This document shows, piece by piece, positions 1-13,121 of a stretch of DNA of 64,000 bases. This stretch comes from Octopus sinensis. Taxonomy: Eukaryota. Numbering within the stretch: position 1 is the stretch's first letter; each line of letters begins with the position of its first letter. Location of the stretch: positions 68,634,001 through 68,698,000 of the forward strand of contig NC_042997.1 in NCBI RefSeq assembly GCF_006345805.1, written 5' to 3'. The notes below the pieces were generated by a model that ran no database searches, was not told where the DNA came from, and saw only the letters and a program-made list of their open reading frames with translations. Position numbers and translations under genes: made by a program.

Positions 1-1101
1 AAAGCACGCGTCGATGCCAGTCAATCTGTATCCTGTGATTTCGACCGTCTTTCCATTAGTGGCATATAGATTTCCGAGAATCATCTTTATTCTTGTTGAT
101 TTGATACCAGTTGCCACAATACGTATGTTCCGCGTCCTCTCGACGATAATTTCAGTATCTGAAGAATTTATTTTGTATAATACTTCATAAGATTTTAATA
201 AACACCCCCCCCACACACACACACATACACGTGTGTGTGTGTGTGTAAGTTTGTGTGTGTATGTGTGTATGTATGCAAGTATGTGTGTAAATATATTTAA
301 ATCAGTAGAAACTACAAGTCTCAATGTACAACTCCCTGTATGATCTGAAAGTATGTTTGGATACTAGCATTGTTATAGACATTGAATGATAATTTATATC
401 TGTTATACACAATGGTTATATGTAATACATCAAATATGTTTGCTTCTATCTCCTTAATATCGTGTTTTATTCTATGTTCAATATGTTGAATGTCAACGCC
501 CTGGTTTATACATGTATATTTCAGTCATTAATAATACAAGTAAAAAACGAAACAGATTTTACTCATGTAAACGTTTTTATTTTTGGTCTGTATGGCTTGT
601 GTCTTTAGACCTTTGTCTTTTTTTCTTTTCTTTTTATGTAGTGGTCTTTTTATCTTCCCTTCTGTTTGCCTTCAATATATATCAATATTTTCTATTCAAT
701 CTTTCGCCTCGATGCTATTAGTGGAATATCGTCTTTAAGAGGCCTTTGGACACATTCTCGAAGCTGAAGATAACCGAATTCGTTCGTGTCACCAACCCCA
801 GAAGACTGCTTCCTCTGACTAAGAGAAGAAAACAACATATCAACGAGAAATTTACTTATTCATTTTTATGCATTTTTAAACTAGTTGATAATCGGCGTTT
901 GTGGATATTGATATAACTAGGTCGATAGTAATCTCACTATATAAGCGCATAATTTGGTTCTTAATGAAATATTGAGCTAAATCTGGCATAAGCTGATTAC
1001 AATAGGTTAACGAATATGCTCAATTTAGAATCTTTGCTGCATAACATTTTTCTCTGAGTGACACAATCATAAACAACTGTTATGCCGTCCGTTCCTAATA
1101 G

Positions 1102-1183
1102 GCAGCTTAAATCTTGGATGTACAGTAAATATTGGGATCTGGTATGGTAAGGACGCTAATATGGCTGCCCTTTCTCCTACAGG
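1102..1183 (+). CDS. Candidate internal exon of an upstream gene
   Basis: ccgttcctaatag|...ACAGG|gtaagt. Only one frame is open: (G/R)SLNLGCTVNIGIWYGKDANMAALSPTG, phase 1 to 2. No homology recognised. Confidence 0.3.
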
Positions 1184-1611
1184 GTAAGTAGGAAAATGAT
1201 CTGCGATCTCCATGTGCTTTTTCAGAAATTTTATGAACTAAAACTGAAATTATTAACATGAAAGTAGAATTTACATTCGATTCTGTTCCTATTACCTATT
1301 ATGTTCATTAAAATAAATCACTTTCCCATACCACTTCACACTCGCTCATGCGAGCACACTACCCACTCCTTTGCATGTCTTCATTTAAACATGTACATCT
1401 TTAAACTGCATCCGTAAATTCGTATATATAAGGCGTACGCATTTTTAAGCAGATAGAAAAATACTTAATGATATTCACACGTGCATTATATTCAAATTTT
1501 CATTTATGGTTTCAGACATACACATGATCAGATGAATATATATATATATAATATATATATATATATATAATATATCTTCCCCCTCTCTCTCTTTACGTAT
1601 ACATATACATA

Positions 1612-1659
<48 letters not shown>

Positions 1660-1662
<3 letters not shown>

Positions 1663-1820
1663 TTAATGTGTGTATCTGAGTTTGTCCTCCTCACCCACCA
1701 TCGCTTGACAATCGTTGCTGGTGTGTTTATGTACCTATTACTTAGCGGTTCGGCACACGAACCGATAGAATAAGTTCTAGATTTACAAAGAATGCGTCTT
1801 GGGTCGATTTCTTAGTGCTC
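1660..1820 (+). mobile_element. SINE body fragment (same family as 1982-2409, 7121-7541, 12541-12950, 51294-51660)
   Basis: Shares 'catcgcttgacaa..gctggtgtgttta...cttagcggttcggc...ccgatagaataag...acaaagaat...gggtcgattt' with the longer copies; boundaries approximate. Confidence 0.8.
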
Positions 1821-1909
1821 CACATACACAAATATCTATATATACATGTATGCATAAATGTATATGTGTATATATATATATGTATATGTTTGTGTGTGTA
1901 TATATATAT

Positions 1910-1967
<58 letters not shown>

Positions 1968-1981
1968 TATCTATATATATA

Positions 1982-2409
1982 TTCTTTCTTTTATTCTTTC
2001 ATTTGTTTCACTCATTTGATTGCGGCCATGCTATAGCACCGTCTTTTAGTTGAACAAATCGACCCCAAGACTTATTCTTTGTAAGCTTAGTATCGGTCTT
2101 TTTTCCGAACCACTAATTTACGGGGACGTAAAAACACCAGCATCGGTTGTCGAGTGATGGTATGGGGGGGGGCAACGCAGACACACAAACTTTCAAGCAT
2201 ACTCACACATACACACACACACAAACACACACACACACCCACACACCCACACACACATATATATACGACGGACTTCTTTCAGTTTCCGTCTACCAAATAC
2301 ACTCACAAGGCTTTGGTCGGCCCGAAGCTATAGTAGAAGACACTTGGCCAAAATGCTATGCAGTGGGACTGAACACGGAACCTACTTACCACACAGCCAC
2401 TCCTACGCC
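1982..2409 (-). mobile_element. tRNA-derived SINE, near full length, internal (CA)/(TA) tract, small deletion in head
   Basis: Reverse strand reads 'aggcgtaggagtggctgtgtggtaagtagg..ttccgtgttcagtcccactgc' (A/B-box-like head), then a body matching the other copies and a 'gaaagaataaaagaaagaat' tail. Confidence 0.85.
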
Positions 2410-2444
<35 letters not shown>

Positions 2445-2446
<2 letters not shown>

Positions 2447-5250
2447 TTCTTGGCCTGGCTTGACTGACGAACATTAGGAAGGCTGTTGTCCACATCATCT
2501 GCACGCTAGTTCGTGGCTGATAAGGGCGATGTGGTATCAACATATCCGATTGCAGTGATGATAGGGGTATGATTGTTCAGGATATGATGATGCAGCTGCA
2601 TTGTTTTTTCATTTCTGAAGTTTGTCTTCAAGCGAGGCACTGCAAGCGATCTCAAAGGAGGAAACAACATCACTGACAGCATGATGCCAAGTGGCGCGGT
2701 CAGCTGCTCGAGTGGACCACTAACGATAATCAATGTCACAAAGGCTAAGGAACTGTTTAAGGCAGCTGTTTTAACGTTTCCTTGGTACCTCTCTGTTGCG
2801 GGGATGATGACCTTGAGTAGACAGGGGTCCTCCGTCCTGTCAACGTGCCATGCCCAACGAAGTCGTATTTTCAGTCAAATGGCTTTCAGGCTAGTGATCT
2901 TTACTCACTCGAGTACCTCAGTGTTGGTGATGTATTCGTTTCAGCAAATGTTGAGGATGGCGCGGAGGCAGTGTTGGTGAAAACGTTCGAGGAGTCTAAG
3001 ATGATAGCAATAAGGGACCCAAGAGTCATAGGTGCGTCTTGGGAGTGACAGCCCTGTAGATGCTGACTTTTGTGCTGATCTTTAGATGCTTGTTGTTCCA
3101 CACACGCTTGTACAGTCTGCCAAATGCTTGGTTTGCTTTTGCAGGTGTGTTGTCAATTTCTTTGTCGATCATCGCATCTGATGAGATGGTACGTCCAAGA
3201 TAAGTCAACAGCTGTGCAGACTTCAGTTCTGTTTCATCAATGGTGATGTGGGGTGGGCTGTATTCATCCTGAGGAAGTGGTTGGTGTAGGACGTCTGTCT
3301 TTTTCAGGTTTACTTCCATCCCGATGAGCTGGGCGGCCTCTGCAAAGCAAGCTGTGATGTGCTGCAGGGTTCTTCTTGTGTGCGCGACAAGTGTGGCATC
3401 ACCTGCAAAGAGAAGGTTCTGGATCAGTTACTCTTGGGTCTTGGTGTGGGCCTATAACCGCCGGGGGTTGAAAAGAGTGCCATCCAGACATTACCTGATG
3501 TAAACGTTTTCAGCATCGAGGTCTGCTGTGGTTTGCTTGAGCATAATCCTGAAGAATATGCTGAAGAGAGTTGGTGCCAGGACACAGCCTTGCTTCACGT
3601 CGTCGTTGGTGGGGAATGGCTCTGATATGTCACTGTTCAGGCAGACCTGTCCTGTTGGTCTTCGTGTAGTTGGATGATCATGGTTTGAATTTTGGGGAAC
3701 AGCCGGGTCGGTTTAGGATCTGCCACAGCCATTTTTCTGCTCACAGTATCAAACACCTTTGTTAGATCGACAAATGTTGCTTAAAGTTCTGTTTTGCTTC
3801 CGGCACTTTTCTTGGAGCTGCCTGAGAAAGAAAACCATACGTGTCGTGCCTCTGTTGGCTCTGATACCACATTGGTTTCCTAGTAGCTGATTTTCGGCCG
3901 TGGACAGAACAATCCTGTTGAGGATTTAGCATGTAAGACAGTATCCCCGTACTTCCATATCTCTGGTGGCATGCCATCGACTCCTGTTCCCTTTCTACTC
4001 TTCAACCGGCCTATGACAACTGTGGTCTCTCTTCCCGGGTTGGAGACTCATCGAGTTCCATTCTGACTGGTAATTGCTTGATGGAGAGGATTGCGTTTTC
4101 CTGGACAACTCAGTTTGCACTAAAGAGGGCCTGAAAGTATTCAGACCGGCGGTTGATGATGGATGTTTGTCTGCGAGAAGCCCCTGGCCGTCTGAGCTGC
4201 GCAGGAGACTCCGGACTTCATGTGTTGGGCAGTAAAATGCCTTGAGAATTTCGTAGAAGGTTGGTCCACCACTTATTCTGGACTTCACGGAGTTTGTCCT
4301 ATAGGCTTGGCGAAAGGCTACTTTCTTCTCTGGTCAGGACGGTTGTGCCAGATGTGCTTGGTGGGCAGACCTTTTCTTCTTTTGCAATTCCTGGATAAGT
4401 ACATCGTTTTAGTCAAACAAATCCTTGTTATTTTTCTTCGTAAGCTCAAGGATTTCTGCAGAGTCTGTAGGCTGGCGGTTTTCAGTTGTTCCCATAGGAT
4501 TTCTGGAGAGTGATCTGAGGGTTCAACTGGATTAATCAAGCTTTGACTGTAGGCCTGGTTGGAAGATTACGTTCCCTTCGTTTAGCTGCAGAACGCTAGA
4601 TTTGATTTTCTTGTTGGCCGATCCTCTCTTTTTTGGTTTTGGCTTGAAGTAGGGTTTGATTTTGCAACAGATGAGGCGATGGTCATTATCATATTCTGCT
4701 GTGCGTAACGTAAGACTGGTGCACTAGAATATAGTCAAGGAAATACTAGGGATTTGACCAAGGATGCATCCAGGTTGTTTTCAGGCGCTCTTTGCTGGAA
4801 GATAGTATTGTTGATGACGAGCTGATGTTCAGTGCAGAACTCAAGCAATAGGCGTCCGTCGTCGTTGCAGTTCCCAACCCCATGATTGCTGAAGAGTCCT
4901 TTCCAGGTTCTCGAATCTCGGGCCACACTGGCGTTGAAATCTCCTAGAATTATAACCTTATCATCGACTGGGGCTCTCTGGTGGAGTCTGCACAGGTCTG
5001 AGTAGAACTCGTCCTTGTCTGCTGGGAGGGTCGGGGAGTAAACACTGAAGATCGTGACAAGCTGCTTGTTATTCAGAGGGAGGCGCATGAAGATAATGCG
5101 GTCAGAGTGACCTGCTGGTAGGGTTTCCAGCTTGGAGGCGATTGAGTTCTTTCTGATGGGAGTTTGTCTGACCAATATAGAGTGTATTCAGCTCCATGTT
5201 CTTTCAGGCTGCCTTCGTTTGGGAGCCGGACATCGCTAAGGGCTGTAATT
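2445..5250 (-). mobile_element. Degenerate RTE-clade (BovB-like) LINE: AP endonuclease, RT and C-terminal region
   Basis: ORF pieces: 4735-5175 'TIFSVYSPTLPADKDEFYSDL..VIILGDFNASV..HGVGNCNDDGRLLLEFCTEHQLVINNTIFQQ' (APE domain); 3026-3319 'VNLKKTDVLHQP..PPHITID..TYLG..DKEIDN..KANQAFGRL' (RT C-terminus). Multiple frameshifts and stops. Confidence 0.92.
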
Positions 5251-6321
5251 AGAGTACATTTTAATGATGATTGTATGATTGTACTTAATTCTATTATATG
5301 GATATATTTCTCTTCCGGAAACATTAAATAACTAAATCAATGTAGAAATGTGTAACTTATTGTGTTATGTTTGAACTTTCTGTGCATCGCTTCCTTCAAT
5401 GACTCTTGGTATTCATCTTATAACTCACTTTTATTCACCTTTACAGAATTATTTTCTACATAGTTTTAGAATCTGAAATTTGTAAGAAACACAACTTATG
5501 AAATCCAAACGAAGCATCCGTCGTGTGCTAAAAGAAAAGATCATGAGTTGTACATTTCAATTTATATAGACTGATTGCTTCTAGCTAGCGCGATATGCTA
5601 ATGGCATTGATTGTCCTTAATTCTGAAAGAAAAAATTAATATACTTGTTTTCTGGGTAATGGTAGAATTGCTTCTTGAAAGCAATTGTCATACAACTCCA
5701 TAGTCGATTATATTAACCGTAGTACTTGATAAGTAATATTTTATCAATTCAGATAGGATGGAAGTCGCCGGCGGTGGGATTTCTTTTTCCTAGTTATCCT
5801 ATAACAGCAAGGGTAACTTTTATTCGCACTCCTAGAGTTCTTCTTTATGAGGCATCGTTGATACACATTTTAATACTTTTCTATTTCCTTGATTTGGGTT
5901 CTTATATCATATGGCATATCGCAAAATTTGTGTTTAACATAATTGAGACAGACAGTAGATTGGCAGAATTACTGAAGCGTAGGATAAAACTGTTTTGCTC
6001 TATTTAGTTACACTTTGGCATAAAGTATCGTATTAGGTTACTGTCGTTTATGACCTGAGATAAATTCCCACCGAGGTCAACATTGCTTTTCATCTTTTCA
6101 GGATCGATTAAATATAGCACACGTCAAAAACTATGTTCCATATAATCCACCCTACTCCAACACTAAAAATGAATCCTTGTGTTTATATCAAAAATCAATA
6201 TCCTTATGATTAGATCTAGTCGCTTTGCCTTAGTTATATGGTCAGCCAATTTGTCAGATATATCCTAAGGGGTTTTAAAATAAGCCACTCTTTATAGCTG
6301 ATTATCTATCGTTTTAATCTA

Positions 6322-6370
<49 letters not shown>

Positions 6371-7120
6371 CATTAATGTCACTATGTGTCTGACTTGGCA
6401 GGGTTCCACAGGTTACTGCCAATTTAGAATAAGCTCTGCAAACATGGAAAATTACGATCAACTGGATTTAACCAAAAACCAGAGAGTGAGGGAGACAAAT
6501 CATTTTGCTTGCATTCACTCAGTGTTACGGTTGAATGATTTGTGGAATTACACGAAATACAAATCTTTCCATGTAAGATGGATCTGGATGCAAAGCATAT
6601 CTTTGTGTAGTTCCTGGCACTTCTTTAATTATTGTTCTGATGATTTTTGCGAAAGAGATAATAAGAGGCATATAAGGTTGAGAACGGGGCTTTTTCACTT
6701 CAAGTACATCTACACGAATTTTTTGAAATATCACTCTGCACGGTTAATGTAAAATTAGATTCGATTATACTTTCTCATATCTTATAAAAAAAAATTATAA
6801 GTATTAATGTTGCATGGTTATATAGTCTGAACTCGGTTGAAGACAGAGTATGTAATTTGAAAGTGAGGTTTAGTCATGATTCTAGCACTCCTTCATCCTG
6901 TTGAATCTCGGTTACATCACTTTATGGATCGTTATATTACATTTTTATCTATTTATCTATTTTAAATGCTTATGATCTATTCTGTGTTTGTTTGGGGGGG
7001 GTTGTGTGTTTGGTGGTGTATCTTTTAGTATAAGTATAAGAATATGGAACAAATATGTGCACGAGTTCATAATATACATACATACAACATACGTACGACA
7101 TACATTCTCACAAATAGATC

Positions 7121-7282
7121 TGCAGGCGTGACTGTATAGTAAGCTACTTGCATCTCAATCACATGGCCTCAGGTTCATTCCCACCGCATAGCACCTTCGG
7201 CAAAAGTGTCTTCTACAATAGCCTCGGGCGAACCAAAGCCTTGTAAGTAAATTTGGTAGACGGTAATTGAAAGAAGCCCGTC

Positions 7283-7333
<51 letters not shown>

Positions 7334-7541
7334 ATATAATATATATATATATGTATATATCTATGTGTGTGCGTCTTTGTGTCTCTGTTTGCCCCCAACC
7401 CGCTTGACAATTGGTGTTGGTGTGTTTAAGTTCGGTCAGGTTTTTAAAAAATATGTCCTGGGGTCGATTTGTTCGACTAAATCCTTTCAAGTTGGTGTCC
7501 TAGCATGGCTTCAGTAAAATAACTGAAACAAGATAAAAGAT
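7121..7541 (+). mobile_element. tRNA-derived SINE with internal (TA)n
   Basis: Head 'caggcgtgactgtatagtaagctacttg...ggttcattcccaccgc', body 'cttctacaatagcctcgggcgaaccaaagccttg..ttggtagacgg', tail 'aactgaaacaagataaaagataa'. Confidence 0.85.
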
Positions 7542-9707
7542 AACTGTGTGTGTGTGTATGTGTCTATGTGTGGTTTGATAAGAATATGTTTCTGTCGACA
7601 CGCATGTCTAATTGCATGTGTGTGTGTGTGTGAAAGAGAAAGAGAGAGAGAGAGAGCGTATGCAGGAACGATGTCTATACATTTATACTGGATTTTGTTC
7701 TCCTTTATATACATTTTTCTATTTCTTATTATGTTTTGTCTATTATATTGTTTAGTAATGTTCATCACAAACATCATCATCGTCTTCATCATCATAATCA
7801 GCACCACCAGAATCCTATGTCGGCATTACTTATGCTTATTGTTTACCTACTTTAAGCATATATTATAGTTACATCAAAACATAAAGCCACTAATATTTTG
7901 TTATTATACGAATAGTTATTCGTAGACGCAGATTATGTCAGATTAAGAGTAGATTACTCTCGATATCTTTTATCAAGTTAAGGCGGCGTAGAAACATTTC
8001 GTAGAAGCATTGTTTTTATTGTTATTATCGGCATGATCGTTATCGTCCTCATTGCTATTTGTGGATGCTGCTAATGTCAAAGGAATATACACGAGTGTAA
8101 CATCTTTTTCTCCTCCTCAACAGATGACATTGTGCCTGATTAGCTGTTTTGCAATATTCAACTCGGAATTCACATTTCTGCTTTCATATCAGCTCGGATT
8201 GACTTAAACTATTTCCTTTCCAGGATCAATACAGCGGGTAACACACCTAACAATATAGTCGATAAGATCTCGGTGAACAAGATCTAAACTTGGTTTCGAT
8301 TTCTATTATATCAATAATGCGACTAGAAAAGCAGTACCGGCTCATCTATGAGTTACTGTGAGGTATACAGTCTATTAGTAGATAAATATATTTGAGTCTT
8401 AACAGAGCAGATGTTTGAATAAAGTCGTTTCTTTCAGCTGTCTATCGATGGCTAAATTGTCTAATGAGTCTTTCTTTTTTGACCAGAAAGGAGCGGCTCA
8501 GAAATGCATAAAACATACAGGTGTTGAATCAATTTACAATTTCCTTTGAACAGAAATAATTGATAATACTCATATAGTTCTCATCTCACAACGTTTATTA
8601 TTCAATGTCCATCCATTGTCGATATGCGAAGTTTCAATAATACGTTAGGTTAGATACAACGAACTATGCACTTTGGTTTATGTAATATATTGCGTTGTAC
8701 TGCAACAGACGGAAATCCCCAGATGTTCAAATTATCGGATACATTACCTCTTCATGTTTTGACTATTTATGTTTCGGAGTTCAATGCTCAACGAAATTGA
8801 TTTACATGTTATTCTTTTGGGTTAGTTAAAATAAGTAACAAAATCACGTTGAGATCATGCCAAGCTAACACCACAGTGTGTTTATTCAGGAGGCAGAATG
8901 CTTTGTGTTTAATGGATAGGTAATCAATAGTTAGATAAAATTACTTCTAATATAGGTAAAAAGTGATCCAGGTGTAGGAGGTTAGTATACTTCAAGTAGT
9001 CCGTAGTACGTATAAAAAAGAAATAATCACAGTTTATTGGCGTTGAAATTTGTAGGTTTTTGCCATATGGAAGTTCGATAAGGTGAAAAAAGTTATTTTG
9101 TATTTCACGGTTAACGTTTAGGGTTGCTATGAATGCGAATAAAAATCAAAATTGAGGGAATGAAGTAAGTGAAATCCAGGCTACATGTGCTTCCTAGCTA
9201 GTACAACCTCGGAAGTAATAATTACTCCACGAGGGCTACTCCGATGATTATAAAACGAGGAGTACTCCACTAGCTACTCATCAGGCCGAAGATACCTCAA
9301 TTAAATGAAGGCTACATTGCCGTCAAGAGATCCCGAGTGAACTCGCAGGAGATGTGACTTAAAATTAGGGGTGAAGCCCGAAAAACGGACTGACAAAACA
9401 AAATAGAAAAACATGTATGAAGAAATAAAATATGGGAATGAGCAACTGTCTTAAGTTGTTAAGAATAAAGGAAAGGGGAGAGGGAAGAAGGAGAATAGCG
9501 GGAAGAGAAGGAAGAGGCGTCAGTTTTGCAGACACTGAAGCTGACTAGTGGAAGGTTGTTGTGAATGTAAGCTGGAGTCATTTAACTAAGGTATCTTTGG
9601 CCTGATGCGTAGCTATTGGATTGTCTCTGGTTGAGTAATTATGACCTTCGACGTTCTGTTCCGAGGAAACATGTAGCCTGGATTTTATCAACTCCATTCC
9701 TTCAATT

Positions 9708-9766
<59 letters not shown>

Positions 9767-9839
9767 TATATATATATAATGGCGGTGCCCCAGCATGGCC
9801 ACAGCTCATTAGCTGAAACTGGAAAAATCAAAAATCAAA

Positions 9840-10010
9840 ATATATATGGTGAGAATTTACAAAGAAGCAAAAGACGAAGACGGGTGTGTAAACAACGAAC
9901 AGATGTATTAGTTTAACGCTCGATACGTGAAAGAGTCTTTTACGTTTCGAGCCTATGTTCTTCAGCAGAAAGGAACACAGAAATAAACAGGGAGAGAAAA
10001 AAGGTTTAGT
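9840..10010 (-). mobile_element. Penelope-like element LTR remnant with minimal hammerhead-like motif
   Basis: Minus strand CTTT-CTGCTGA-A-GAAC-ATAG-GCTC-GAAA-CGT-A-AAAG at 9972-9937. The Penelope assignment is inferred from this motif type. Confidence 0.55.
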
Positions 10011-10805
10011 GGCTAGCGTGTACCTCACCAAAGCAGTGATAGAAACAAGTGAGCTCCTGGTGCCTAAGAGATAGAAGAGGAGGAACGTCAGCTCTGCAGA
10101 CCCAAAAGTTTGTGCAGCTAGATGATATCTGAAAGCTACCAAGTACATATTCCTTACTTCCCTATGGAGGAGAGGAAGGAGAATATGGAGGTGATAAAGA
10201 AAGAACTCTGTACCGTTTACACTGAAATCAGAGAGGAGTCACTGATGTAGAGGATCAGAAGTATAGAGAGAGCTAGTGACGGATCTAGGTGTAAAAAGAG
10301 CTGGACGATCATGAACGAGATCACAGGGAAGAAGAGAGGGAGTTCAAGTGAGATCTAGGGAACAGGGCACGAGGATAGGAGGAGTAAATGACTGGGCCAT
10401 TTTAAGACCCTACTAGAAGAGCCACCTTTAACAACCCAGATCACTGAGAAGATCAGTCAGCTGTTTGAGGAGCTGAAAATTGAGACAGGATCCTTCGACA
10501 AAGAGGAGCTTCAGAGAGCTAAGAATAAGGTCCACGAGGACAAGCCCTATGGAGAAAATGGAGTAGCACAAGAAGTGATGAAGAGGTGTGATTTTGATGA
10601 TATCGTCCTGGATTTCCTATCCGGGCACTGGAAAAAGGAGTTGTCCTGAATCAGTAACATCGTCCCAGTGCCAAAGAAGTGAGATCTCTCTAACACCAAC
10701 AACTACAAGGGGATCTCACTGATGTCACTCGTGGTAAAGGCATTCAACAGGATGATACTTAACAGGATCCAGCTGGAGATGGAGAAGAAGCTCAGAGATA
10801 AATCC
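10010..10805 (+). mobile_element. Degenerate LINE fragment (RTE-like, start of RT domain)
   Basis: Near 10660-10800 translates to 'IVPVPKK*DLSNTNNYKGISLMSLVVKAFNRMILNRIQLEMEKKLRD', the typical non-LTR RT 'PIPKKGD..NYRGISL' region. Confidence 0.8.
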
Positions 10806-11130
10806 TCAAAAATCCGTCCCAATAAGCCACTATTGTTCCTGAAAGTTGTTTCTTTTTTATATTTACTACGGATTGCCTAAAGCGAACGTTCTTCCTACAC
10901 CTCGATCTTTGGATCTTACATTTATATACATTTATATACATGTATATATTTTAATACCGAATGTGGGGAATTAGAGCAAATTCTGCAAGGAATTCTTTCT
11001 GAAGCTGAAACAAATGAAGAAAATATTATTTAATAATTAGTTATATATAATATAAAAGCAATGGTAATACTAGATATTTTAAACCTTAACACTTAACACT
11101 TAATATATATATATACATATGTGTGTGCTG

Positions 11131-11192
<62 letters not shown>

Positions 11193-11193
11193 T

Positions 11194-11497
11194 TTTATTA
11201 TATAGAAGGAGCTTCTACAGGACTAGAACTGTTTCATTCAAGAGAAATCTTCAGGAAGCTAGTTAACAAGAATTGTATTGGCATTTATTCTTCTATCTAA
11301 TTTAACACTGACTCCTTGACCACTCCCCCAAGTATGATATTTTGCGCTATGCCTACCCCCAAAAAGTCCCCCACCAACACCCCTTTAAACCTGCCTAAAT
11401 GTATAAATGCCAATACAATTCTTGTTAACTAGCTTCCTGAAGATTTCTCTTGAATGAAACAGTTCTAGTCCTGTAGAAGCTCCTTCTATATAATAAA
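11194..11497. repeat. Perfect 95-bp inverted repeat (arms 11194-11288 and 11403-11497, 114-bp spacer); probable Penelope-like LTR fold-back
   Basis: Base-by-base comparison shows the arms are exact reverse complements; each arm contains a hammerhead motif. Confidence 0.9.
11431..11481 (+). ncRNA. Type I hammerhead ribozyme motif (identical copy on - strand at 11210-11260)
   Basis: Stem I AGCTTC/GAAGCT; core CTGAAGA; stem II TTTC-TCTT-GAAT (U.U at the closing position); GAAA; stem III ACAG/CTGT with 8-nt loop; GUA cleavage triplet, predicted cut after 11475. Confidence 0.7.
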
Positions 11498-11564
11498 TTA
11501 AATTTACTCTGCTATGTATTGAGTACCTTATTTACTGTGGTTAACCCCGAATCAACCCGGGACC

Positions 11565-11626
<62 letters not shown>

Positions 11627-12540
11627 TTAATGTGGTGGAGTGTATACATGTTTTTATGTATGTATGGATTTAATATTTGAGTGGATAAAATTCTAAAGAA
11701 GCCTTGTTGAGAAAACTGAAGATTAAAGGGGAAATTTGTTACCATTTTAAAGTATCAAATCTTTGGATGATATGAATTTTCGCGGACTGGTGTTTAATCT
11801 AGTATATTTCCTCTCCGCTGAAATAAAATGATGCAGTATATCTTAAGAACATATCTCAATCAACTCTTCGTATATATTTGTAAGACACTATCAAGTAATG
11901 TCAAGATTGCATGTTGTTTTCTTCATTTTACTCTACGGTTTTATGACGAGATTTTAAGTAAACGGAACGGTGAAGTGGACTAATTTCCATTGTAATTTAA
12001 TTATGTCACTATCCTAGGGAATCACTTAAGTTGAAATCGTTGCTAAACCCCCGTTGATTGATTAGTATGATTTTCATGCTAATCTATTTACTTTTCCTGA
12101 TTGGTCTTTTTTCTCTTTGATTCTATTTCAACATTTGTTGATACATGTCGATGGCCTACATTACGAACATATATTTGGTTTTGCTTTCAATAACACGGGA
12201 TTCCATAATTAATTAAATAGTAAATCAAGCTAATTAATTATAGTGTCATAATTTAGAACAGTCAGCTACGATTTGTGAGAATAAGAAGCTATAATTCTTG
12301 TAAATAATAATTAATTAATTCCACTGGCAAGAAACCAAACTATATTCAAGATGAGCTCTCGGTAATTGTAATTGGCACAATCGCCATGACTTCTATCGTA
12401 TTGTCTTCTAAAGGATGAAAGACAGTATCAAATTCCAACAAATCGGCGTTCTTCGAACGAATTTCTTCGCATTATTTGTTGTTTACGTTATACGTTGTTT
12501 ACTTTTGTTTGTGTATTTACTATATATTTTTTCATATATT

Positions 12541-12750
12541 ACTCTTTACTCTTTTACTTGTTTCAGTCATTTGACTGCAGCCATGCTGGAGCGCCGCCAT
12601 TTAGTCGAGCAAATCGACCCCGGGACTTATTCTTTGTAAGCCCAGTACTTATTCTATCGGTCTCTTTTGCCGAACCGCTAATGGACGGGGACGTAAACAC
12701 ACCAGCATCGGTTGTCAAGCAATGCTAGGGGGACAAACACAGACATACAA

Positions 12751-12787
<37 letters not shown>

Positions 12788-12948
12788 CGACAGGCTTCTT
12801 TCGGTTTCCGTCTACCAAATCCACTCACAAGGAATTGGTCGGCCCGGGGCTATAGCAGAAGACACTTGCCCAAGATGCCACGCAGTGGGACTGAACCCGG
12901 AACCATGTGGTTGGTTAGCAAGCTACTTACCACACAGCCACTTCTGCG

Positions 12949-12950
<2 letters not shown>
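12541..12950 (-). mobile_element. tRNA-derived SINE, full length, well preserved
   Basis: Reverse strand 'ggcgcagaagtggctgtgtggtaagtagcttgc..ggttccgggttcagtcccactgcgtggc' (A/B-box-like) through the tail 'tgactgaaacaagtaaaagagtaaagagt'. Confidence 0.9.
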
Positions 12951-13000
<50 letters not shown>

Positions 13001-13003
<3 letters not shown>

Positions 13004-13083
13004 CCACTTGGGTTATCCTACCCTAATTGAATTGTTCTAAATGACATAGTTGTTCTGCCTGGTTTTTGGTTTCTCCCCTAATA

Positions 13084-13121
<38 letters not shown>

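Noticed and set aside
1-160. Open frame on the - strand after ttcttcag (DTEIIVERTRNIRIVATG...)
   Set aside because: About 53 open codons cut by the window edge, with no recognisable homology; could be chance. It also conflicts with the + strand candidate at 111-122.
6384-6752. 122-aa + strand ORF (and overlapping 69-aa - strand ORF) in non-repeat DNA
   Set aside because: No recognisable domain, no convincing splice-site pair; left uncalled.
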